Source: Candidatus Hodarchaeota archaeon
GTDB taxonomy: Archaea; Asgardarchaeota; Heimdallarchaeia; Hodarchaeales; Hodarchaeaceae
Assembly (NCBI GenBank): GCA_016840035.1
Contig: JAEOTC010000164.1
Coordinates: 1-36,161 of the forward strand
Direction: 5' to 3'
DNA length: 36,161 nucleotides
Part shown: positions 29,422 through 36,161 of the stretch, one piece after another
Layout of the letters: every line of letters starts with the position of its first letter
How positions within the stretch are numbered: position 1 is the stretch's first letter
Notes under the pieces: generated by a model
Databases searched by the model: none
What the model was told of the DNA's origin: nothing
Seen by the model: only the letters and a program-made list of their open reading frames with translations
Program-made: the position numbers and the translations under genes

Positions 29422-30027
29422 TTGACCTTGCTAGAAAATATCAGACTTATGAAGTCTTTACTACGAACAGGATGGATCCGTTCTGGTGTGCCAAAATGTG
29501 ATATTGAATCTTTGGCGGATCATTCTTGGGCTGTAGCTGCGTTAACATTCCTTTTTTGCTTAGAAGAAAATGCCGTAAGAGAAAAACACGGAAAAAAACC
29601 TCTTCTAAATACTGAAAAGGCAGTTTTATTCGCCTTGTTTCATGATTTTCCAGAATCAGAATACATGGATATAGATAAAAGCATATATAATTTAACAGAA
29701 TCAGAAGTGACATCTCAATTCCTTCATAGTGTTGAAGAACAGGCTATTGGAAAGATTAGTGGGCGCCTTGATAGTGGTCTTAGAATGGAATTTCAAAAGG
29801 TTCTCGTTAATGACAACACAGCTGAATCAAGGATTGCTAGGGTTGCAGATCATATTGATGTCATGCAACAAGCGATTTGTTATAGGGATAAGAATTGGAT
29901 TGCTGAAGAACAAAGCTCCTCCTTCCATAAATATGCACTAGAAGAACTCCAAAAATACCTTGAAGAATTTATGTTTTTACGATCCTATCTTGAAAGAAAT
30001 ATGTTTTTCGAATCTGTCAGAGAGTAA
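29422..30027 (+). CDS. HD-domain 5'-deoxynucleotidase (YfbR/HDDC2-like)
   Basis: LRTGW, ESLADHS, FHDFPE...DI and ADHID motifs. Confidence 0.88.
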   Translation: MTLLENIRLMKSLLRTGWIRSGVPKCDIESLADHSWAVAALTFLFCLEENAVREKHGKKPLLNTEKAVLFALFHDFPESEYMDIDKSIYNLTESEVTSQFLHSVEEQAIGKISGRLDSGLRMEFQKVLVNDNTAESRIARVADHIDVMQQAICYRDKNWIAEEQSSSFHKYALEELQKYLEEFMFLRSYLERNMFFESVRE

Positions 30028-30035
30028 CTAGATTT

Positions 30036-31034
30036 TTACTCCTGCAACCCAGTAAATTCAATTACTTTTTTGATAAATTCAATACTTGTTGCCATAAAGT
30101 TTTCTGACTCAGGAAGTTTAATTCCCAATTTAAAAGCATGCGCTTTTTCCAATAACGGATAATAGGGTGAAAATTCTGACTCATTTCCCCAAACCTCAAT
30201 GATTTCTTCATGGATATCTGGTTTCACCAGATCCATTGTTACTGATTTTACACCCGCTTTATAGCAAGACAAACCAAATGCAATATCAATTATAGAAGCC
30301 CCTATGAGATAATCTAGTTCATCTTCGGGTAAATCTTCCTCTTTTGCCGTATTAATAATTTCATCAATTTGAGAAACAGCTTCTGCTATGAGCAATTTTG
30401 CTGATCCCTGTACCTGCTCATCCGTAAATTCGAGGTCTTTAAAGAGATTCTCCCCAGCAAGAAGTTCTCCATCTTTAGCATAGAGAGCATGAATATGTGT
30501 AAAATCTGGACCAAATTTCTCTAGTTCGGCAATATCATCCTCTTTTAGGATCATTAGATCGAAGATATGGGCAATTTCTGGTGTAATAATCTCTTCTGCA
30601 ATATTTGATATGATTTCAATTGCTTTTTCTGAGTCTTTTTCCGCAGTAAGGACGATTAAGAAATTAATATCACTTTCTCCTACCACATGCAACCGTTTTG
30701 CATAAGATCCGTAAATCATTAGACTTTTAATGTCTTCTTTCAATTCAGGAGTAGCTAAGAGTCTCTGAGATACCAATCTTGTTAACATTTCATACTCTGA
30801 GGCTTCATCGACTGGAATTCCGGCTCCAGACTCACTTAAATCCTCCTCCTCCATAGAGTTTACTTCACCAATTACTTCTTTGATTAATGCGACCGAAGAT
30901 CTTACTTGAGCTTTAGCCTCTGGATTTTCTGCTATTACTTGCTTAAGAACTGAAGTTAATGATGCTTCACCTTGATCGAGTCGTACTTGCATTGCATATT
31001 CTTTTATAAGCTCTCGTAACTCTGATTCTTCCAT
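30036..31034 (-). CDS. Fusion: archaeal GluRS-N-terminal-like domain + Pol-beta superfamily nucleotidyltransferase + helical C-terminal domain
   Basis: ATG at 31034 (MEESELRELIKEYA...GEA...VLKQVIAENPE.K.....LIKEVIGEVNSM); NTase motif IYGSYAK......SDINFLIV; later FDLMIL and GELLAG. Confidence 0.75.
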   Translation of the reverse strand: MEESELRELIKEYAMQVRLDQGEASLTSVLKQVIAENPEAKAQVRSSVALIKEVIGEVNSMEEEDLSESGAGIPVDEASEYEMLTRLVSQRLLATPELKEDIKSLMIYGSYAKRLHVVGESDINFLIVLTAEKDSEKAIEIISNIAEEIITPEIAHIFDLMILKEDDIAELEKFGPDFTHIHALYAKDGELLAGENLFKDLEFTDEQVQGSAKLLIAEAVSQIDEIINTAKEEDLPEDELDYLIGASIIDIAFGLSCYKAGVKSVTMDLVKPDIHEEIIEVWGNESEFSPYYPLLEKAHAFKLGIKLPESENFMATSIEFIKKVIEFTGLQE

Positions 31035-31348
31035 GATAAGACCTCTGATGATCAAAAGAGACCCGTTGAGTCTATTTTTTCACTGATGAATCTAGATTTT
31101 ATAAAGATTCGATTGAGATAGAAATCTAGTGGATTCGATTATTATTAAATTTTCAAAGCTTCAATACCATTCTTAAGCTTATTCAGTTATGCATCAAAAA
31201 TATTGGGAAAGTAAAAGGCAATTTTCAATGGTTTAAAGCTGTCAACACTAAATACTCAAATAATATCACGATAAACAAAAATAGCAGAATTACAACTGAA
31301 ATCAACCCAAAGATCTTCTTACATTACCGCAATACGTTGGTATGAGTA

Positions 31349-32092
31349 ATGATCGATGCACATGCACATTTATTACCCGACTTTATGAAAAATATCGATT
31401 CCAAGGTCGAAAATGCTAAGAATGAAGGTCTTCAAGCTGTAATAAATAGTGCAATAGAACCTCATCAATTCGCTTTTGCATCACAGCTGGCTGAGGATCA
31501 TCTTGGATTTATTTTCACAACATTGGGATTTGCACCCCAAAAAATTAAACAACTTTCATTTGAAGATTCATTTCGGGAAATTAGTCAAAATGCATCAATA
31601 GTGGCAATAGGAGAGGTTGGGTTGGATTATCACTGGATTACTGAACGGAATTGGCGAGAAAAACAACAAGATACGTTTCGAAGATTCATTGAGCTTGCGA
31701 ATTCTCTTAATAAGCCACTTGTTATCCATTCTCGAAAAGCAGAATCTGATTGCATCAATATTTTAGAACGATTTGCCAAAGTACCAGTGTTAATGCACTG
31801 TTTTGCGGGAAATATGAGCGAAACAGAAAGAGTTATTGATTTAGACTGGATGATTTCAATCCCAACCGCAGTAGTTAATCGGAAGAAACATCGTAAAATA
31901 GCACGAAAAGCACCATTAGAACATGTTGTTGTTGAAACTGATTCTCCCTTTCTTAGTCCAATCCCAAGGAAGCGGAATGAACCTGCAAACATAAAATATG
32001 CAATAGAGGAATTGGCAAAATTGAAAAGCACTTCATTTGAAGAGGTAGATAAAATCACCACTCAAAACACAAAGCGATTCTTTAATATATAG
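31349..32092 (+). CDS. tatD: TatD family nuclease
   Basis: DAHAH, IGEVGLDY, IHSR, MHCF, VETDSPF and RNEPA motifs. Confidence 0.95.
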   Translation: MIDAHAHLLPDFMKNIDSKVENAKNEGLQAVINSAIEPHQFAFASQLAEDHLGFIFTTLGFAPQKIKQLSFEDSFREISQNASIVAIGEVGLDYHWITERNWREKQQDTFRRFIELANSLNKPLVIHSRKAESDCINILERFAKVPVLMHCFAGNMSETERVIDLDWMISIPTAVVNRKKHRKIARKAPLEHVVVETDSPFLSPIPRKRNEPANIKYAIEELAKLKSTSFEEVDKITTQNTKRFFNI

Positions 32093-32108
32093 TCATTTAG
32101 ATAAAAAT

Positions 32109-33749
32109 GTGATTCCTATGACACTTCTTGAGTATCGTCAAAAAACTATCGACAAAATGAGCGAGCAGACGTACGATCTCCTTGTGATAGGAGGTGGAAT
32201 AACAGGAGCAGGTATTGCACGCGATGCAGCTCTCCGGGGTCTCTCCGTAGCATTAGTAGAAAAAGCAGATTTTGGATACGGAACAAGTAGTGGTTCCTCT
32301 AAGCTAGTACATGCAGGTCTTCGCTATATTGGTCAAAAAGAGTTTCGACTTGTGCGTGAGGCATCTATTGAACGTAAAAAAATCTTAGAAATGGCTCCCC
32401 ATATTACTAGACCAATAAAATTTCTTGTGCCATTACATTCAGACACGATTCTGACAAAGAACAGGCTACGATTGGCAATATGGCTGTATGATATCTTAGC
32501 GAATTTTAGAAACTATACTTTTCATAAGATTTTTAATCCTGTTAAAGCTAAAAAGCTATTACCCAGTCCTATTCGTGAAACTAACTTTCAAGGAGCGGCT
32601 TTATACGGGGATGGTCATATGGATGACGCTCGTTTGACTCTCGAGGTAATCTTATCGGCTGAAAAAGCTGGTGCAGATGTATTGAATTATTGTTCTGCTG
32701 AAGATTTTCAAACTCAAAGTTCAGAGGGGATTGATATTGTAACAATGCGTAACCAAACTAACAAGCAGGTTTTTACGGTTCAAACGAAAACTTTAGTACT
32801 TGCATGCGGACATTGGAGTGATAAATTAATCAGTCAAATTGATTCTTCATTCTCTTCTTGGGTACGTCCAACAAAAGGAGTACATCTAATTACGAGAAGA
32901 TTCTATCACGAGGATTATGCTGTAGTCATTCCCGTTGATGATGGAAGAATAATTTTCATTGTACCATTTGGTGAGGATCAGCTGGTTGGGACAACAGACA
33001 CTGATTATACAGAAGATTTTGATTATGTTCCAGTGACAGAGGAAGATGTACATTATTTGATAGATGCGGTTAATTTTTTGTTCCCGGGCTCTCTTACAGA
33101 GGAGGATGTTCTTAGTGCTTATTCAGGGATACGTCCATTAATAGTTTCTGATCCTACTAAATCAGAATCAGACGTTTCTCGTAATCATGAGATTCGAATG
33201 ATTAGACCAAATACTTTCGCTATAGTAGGAGGAAAATATACCACCTATAGGGCTATGGCAAAGGAAATGGTGGATAAAATTGCTAGAGTACTGGAGAAGA
33301 AAGGGAAGTGTAGCACTGACAAGGTTCCAATTAACGGTTGGATTTCAACAAAACGTATTGGATGGGAGGCTTGGTCTCGTATTGCCTGTGAAAATATGAT
33401 GATTCGTTACAAGTTACCAGAACAGGTTGCGAAACATCTGCTAAGGTATGGGAATAATTACATCAAGCTACTTGAAGATATAAAAGAGGAACCGCAATCG
33501 ATGGAATTAATTTCAAAACTACGGCCGTATATTTTTGGAGAAATCAAGTATTCTGTTAAGTTTGAGAAAGCAGTCACATTACAAGATATTTTATTCCGAC
33601 GAACACAAATCCAATTATCATTTGAACAGGGACTAGATTCGGTTGATGCCATTGCTCAATATATGGGTAAGTTGTTAGGATGGTCACCAGCAGAACTAGC
33701 AAAAGAAATTGATGATTATAAGAAAGCGTTGGTCTGGGTTAAGAAATAA
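32109..33749 (+). CDS. glpD: FAD-dependent glycerol-3-phosphate dehydrogenase/oxidase
   Basis: GGGITGAGIARDAALRGL, GTSSGSSKLVHAGLRY, DDARL, KGVHL, GTTD, GIRPL, SRNH, GGKYTTYRAMA and RRT motifs. Confidence 0.93.
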   Translation: MIPMTLLEYRQKTIDKMSEQTYDLLVIGGGITGAGIARDAALRGLSVALVEKADFGYGTSSGSSKLVHAGLRYIGQKEFRLVREASIERKKILEMAPHITRPIKFLVPLHSDTILTKNRLRLAIWLYDILANFRNYTFHKIFNPVKAKKLLPSPIRETNFQGAALYGDGHMDDARLTLEVILSAEKAGADVLNYCSAEDFQTQSSEGIDIVTMRNQTNKQVFTVQTKTLVLACGHWSDKLISQIDSSFSSWVRPTKGVHLITRRFYHEDYAVVIPVDDGRIIFIVPFGEDQLVGTTDTDYTEDFDYVPVTEEDVHYLIDAVNFLFPGSLTEEDVLSAYSGIRPLIVSDPTKSESDVSRNHEIRMIRPNTFAIVGGKYTTYRAMAKEMVDKIARVLEKKGKCSTDKVPINGWISTKRIGWEAWSRIACENMMIRYKLPEQVAKHLLRYGNNYIKLLEDIKEEPQSMELISKLRPYIFGEIKYSVKFEKAVTLQDILFRRTQIQLSFEQGLDSVDAIAQYMGKLLGWSPAELAKEIDDYKKALVWVKK

Positions 33750-33766
33750 GTTTCATCAAGGGAAAA

Positions 33767-34381
33767 TTACAAAGTATTTGCGAAGGAGTATTTTTCTGCA
33801 TAGACAATGAACATCCAGATTACTTCTCTTGCCGATAATGGATTACCTTTAGATGCTTCTGTATTTAGCTCATAAACAAGCTCATTATGAGCCTTAATTT
33901 CGTTTAGGGTTTTTTTTCGTTCCTCAATGATCGTTTGAATTACCAAAGAAGATCCTTTTCCTATTCCTGGACATGTATTCACAGAGTCTTTTGCCCAGAA
34001 GAAAGGATTTTCAGTTTGATCCTCAAGGAACGCGATTGGATAATTTCTACATGCGCGAGGCCGGGAATTATATATAGAACAATTTGGTTTCATGTAAAAA
34101 GTACAATTTTGCCCATTAATCTTCCGTAGTCCTGGAATTATTTCTCCATCTGACGTTTTAATTGATGAAAGGACAAGTTTTTTCCGCAATTCAGAGCTTA
34201 GATTATCCTCGACTCTATAAAATGTGAGCTTTTTGAGAAGATACTCAAAATCTTGTTCTAATCCAAGATAAATGTGGAATATATCTACAAAAGTGGTAGT
34301 CACAATAATCTTCGGATCACAACAACAATGCCCACTTTGTTGACATTGGAAGCAAAGTTTTTGATCTGTATTATTGCTCAA
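33767..34381 (-). CDS. YkgJ / CxxCxxCC family Fe-S or Zn cluster protein
   Basis: CFQCQQSGHCCC, CTFY, CSIYNSRPRACRNYP and CPGIG motifs. Confidence 0.88.
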   Translation of the reverse strand: MSNNTDQKLCFQCQQSGHCCCDPKIIVTTTFVDIFHIYLGLEQDFEYLLKKLTFYRVEDNLSSELRKKLVLSSIKTSDGEIIPGLRKINGQNCTFYMKPNCSIYNSRPRACRNYPIAFLEDQTENPFFWAKDSVNTCPGIGKGSSLVIQTIIEERKKTLNEIKAHNELVYELNTEASKGNPLSAREVIWMFIVYAEKYSFANTL

Positions 34382-34572
34382 TACCGATCTTCCTCCAGTG
34401 GAACGTCATAATTACAATTTTTACAGTATATTCGCGTAAATCTCTGTTCACTTAACGGATCCAGATACGTTTCCATAATAAACGGCTCCTTACATTTCCC
34501 ACAGCGCTCTTTAATCTCTTCAACTTTTATTCGGACCCCAAGCGGTGGATTTTCTGCCATACGGGCTATCAC
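34378..34572 (-). CDS. Small zinc-ribbon protein
   Basis: CGKC...CKNC; the stop overlaps the YkgJ start (ATGA coupling). Confidence 0.7.
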   Translation of the reverse strand: MIARMAENPPLGVRIKVEEIKERCGKCKEPFIMETYLDPLSEQRFTRIYCKNCNYDVPLEEDRY

Positions 34573-34793
34573 TCTGAGCGTTTTGTTTAATTTATCCCTT
34601 TTATCCTAAAGAGGAGCAGTTTAGAGAGAAAAACTCTTCTTATACTCTCTTTAATCGGTGACTAATAAACCATTATTTCAAAAGCGAGCTGTTTTGAAAT
34701 AGAATAACAGAAGACTCTGACGAGAGAGTCACTGGAAAGAATTCTAAAAAATTTAAATGCAATAATTGGTCCTTTTAAAAAAGAAAAATTCGG

Positions 34794-35009
34794 TTAATCC
34801 TCATAGGACTCTTCACGGAGTTTTTTAAGTTTCAATTGATGCGTAACATACCCTGCAATCTGATTCCTTAATCTTTTCGAGTGGATTTTAGCCACTTTCG
34901 AAACAATGTCTTTATTATGCTCAAATGAATCAGGAGATAAATGTTCTTCATATTCTTTAACGATTTCACGGGAAATAACTTTTACTGCGGATGTTCGGAC
35001 TTTGCCCAT
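34794..35009 (-). CDS. rps17e: Ribosomal protein eS17
   Basis: MGKVRT, FEHNK and SKRLRNQIAGYVT. The ATG at 35009 gives the canonical N-terminus. Confidence 0.96.
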   Translation of the reverse strand: MGKVRTSAVKVISREIVKEYEEHLSPDSFEHNKDIVSKVAKIHSKRLRNQIAGYVTHQLKLKKLREESYED

Positions 35010-35155
35010 ATTTTTCATTATCCTACTGAGTAACTCTTCTAATACCTACACCTTAGTTATGATTAGAAGAGTAATTACGCTTCTGGTAACGTTTACTCTA
35101 GAAATTTTTAAAGCTTTCAACTACTCATTTCACGAAATCCAGATCATCTAAATAT

Positions 35156-35452
35156 TCAGGGAGTTAAAGTAATTTTCTGTGTTTCTCTTAGCGTTGAAGA
35201 CCTCATGGTTAAGCAAAGTTCTGTAGTCACTTTAGGTGATTTAATTACCCAGTTTAAAATGACAGTATTGCCTTCTAAAGTTGGAAGTTCAATAATAGGA
35301 TTTTGTTCGGGCTCAAAAATGAGTTTTGGAATGCCTGAAATTTCAAATTTTATTTCTCGGAGGGGATCACAGTTTTTTGGCTGAGAGATTTCCCAAGAGA
35401 TTAAAATTCGGTTATCATAGAACTTCGACACCTCAGGTGAAGGGAATAGCAT
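35156..35452 (-). CDS. Hypothetical beta-rich (Ig-like?) protein
   Basis: Alternating hydrophobic strands (ILISWEI, IKFEI, VILNWVI, LCLTM, KITL); co-oriented just downstream of the ESCRT-II-like gene. Confidence 0.55.
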   Translation of the reverse strand: MLFPSPEVSKFYDNRILISWEISQPKNCDPLREIKFEISGIPKLIFEPEQNPIIELPTLEGNTVILNWVIKSPKVTTELCLTMRSSTLRETQKITLTP

Positions 35453-35475
35453 AAGAGATTAAGCTTCCATTTTAG

Positions 35476-36161
35476 TCATTTTTTGAATCCTGGGAAGAAA
35501 ACTAGTTGCTCAGTTTTGTTATGAATACAAATCCGATTTGAGATGAGAATTTCTATTAAAGAAATGATGCGAGATTCATCCCAAGGGACTAATTGTCGAA
35601 TTAGAGAAATTGATATCTCACCATAATCACTAATCCCATCAGAAATCGCGGAAAGGAAAGTTCTAACTTCACTTGAGAGTGAAAATGGTTCAAAGATATA
35701 TCCTCCTTTCTCCGTGTGGATTATTCCTTCTTTTTTGAGAACATTGAGAGCCGTTTCAATATCTTGAATATCACACTGCCACCACGGTCGGTGCTTATGA
35801 AACAGTGAAGAAATTTTGTGAAGAGGAACTGATTCTAAGTTAACTCGTTGGTATGCCAATCCAAATGAAATAAGATCTGAGGCCAATCGCTGATAAAAAT
35901 CTGTTTTGCCTTTAAAATTCGGCCTTTTAAACAAAGAATCTGGTAAAAGAGACACAGGTAAATTTGAAGACAATTTCAAGTCTAATAAGTAAGTAGAAAA
36001 TTCCTGTGGAAAATAACCAATTTTGGAAGTTTCTTTTAATCCCTTAGTGAGTAGAGACTTCGCTTCTTTATCAGCTGAGTCAGAAATATTTTTTAATTTT
36101 GCAGCTAGTTTATCATGAAGCTCTTTACTTGATTTTGGATCTGGAATGAAGTTGACCTCCA
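35476..36161 (-). CDS. EAP30/Vps22-Vps36-like ESCRT-II winged-helix protein (partial, N-terminus beyond the window)
   Basis: The frame is open to the window edge (EVNFIPDPKSSKELHDK...). DFYQRLA...N...V.L......R......DIETAL..L...G followed by LS......L.......G.IS...I.....W...R....IE.L mirrors the two WH domains of Vps22. Confidence 0.72.
   Translation of the reverse strand, partial: EVNFIPDPKSSKELHDKLAAKLKNISDSADKEAKSLLTKGLKETSKIGYFPQEFSTYLLDLKLSSNLPVSLLPDSLFKRPNFKGKTDFYQRLASDLISFGLAYQRVNLESVPLHKISSLFHKHRPWWQCDIQDIETALNVLKKEGIIHTEKGGYIFEPFSLSSEVRTFLSAISDGISDYGEISISLIRQLVPWDESRIISLIEILISNRICIHNKTEQLVFFPGFKK

Noticed and set aside
30036-31055. Classic MNT-HEPN toxin-antitoxin pair, or a truncated gltX pseudogene
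   Set aside because: No RxxxxH motif and no partner gene. The ORF is intact and contains no synthetase core.
31089-31140. Short repeats AATCTAG and GATTCGATT in the NTase/tatD divergent gap
   Set aside because: Only 7-9 bp in AT-rich DNA, within chance expectation.
1042-35151. Short alternative-frame or antisense ORFs in the track (e.g. 1042-1245, 2405-2641, 9981-10304, 20445-20795, 24034-24390, 31630-32061, 34906-35151)
   Set aside because: They overlap well-supported genes and show no recognisable motifs, so they are treated as shadow ORFs.
35453-35470. In-frame ATG GAA GCT TAA (minus strand) just upstream of the 98-aa ORF, possibly a nonsense mutation or readthrough
   Set aside because: It would add only six codons and a usable ATG follows; there is no supporting evidence.
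1-36161. CRISPR array, IS element or integrase, selenoprotein recoding
   Set aside because: No regularly spaced repeats, no transposase or integrase motifs, and no TGA interrupting a conserved domain.

Overview
AT-rich, densely coding archaeal chromosomal window. It is most consistent with an Asgard archaeon, plausibly Heimdallarchaeia; this is inferred from gene content only (archaeal LeuRS, DGGGP synthase and eS17, plus eS25, a Ras-like GTPase and an EAP30/Vps22-36-like ESCRT-II protein). Left part: a cobalamin-dependent radical SAM gene divergent from an 11-subunit complex I/Fpo-like operon (A-B-C-D-H-I-J-K-L-M-N, no NuoEFG/FpoF) that ends in a geranylgeranyl reductase. Middle: YdjM-like hydrolase, a small GTPase / Zn-domain-wHTH / V4R three-gene module, uppP, hsp20 with a repeated operator-like motif, a wHTH protein, leuS, and an adjacent proteasome beta-alpha pair. 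Right part: metallophosphoesterase, cyclophilin-like protein, stomatin, DGGGP synthase, DUF554, eS25, HD nucleotidase, TatD, GlpD, YkgJ, eS17 and a partial ESCRT-II-like gene. Best candidates for something undescribed: (1) a fusion of the archaeal GluRS N-terminal domain to a Pol-beta-type nucleotidyltransferase (30036-31034); (2) the divergent, compact beta-alpha proteasome operon; (3) the GTPase-Zn/wHTH-V4R module; (4) a 26-aa triplication in the NuoL transverse helix; (5) a long nested hairpin upstream of leuS. No tRNA, rRNA, CRISPR array or mobile element was recognised. All family calls come from reading motifs by eye, not from database searches.
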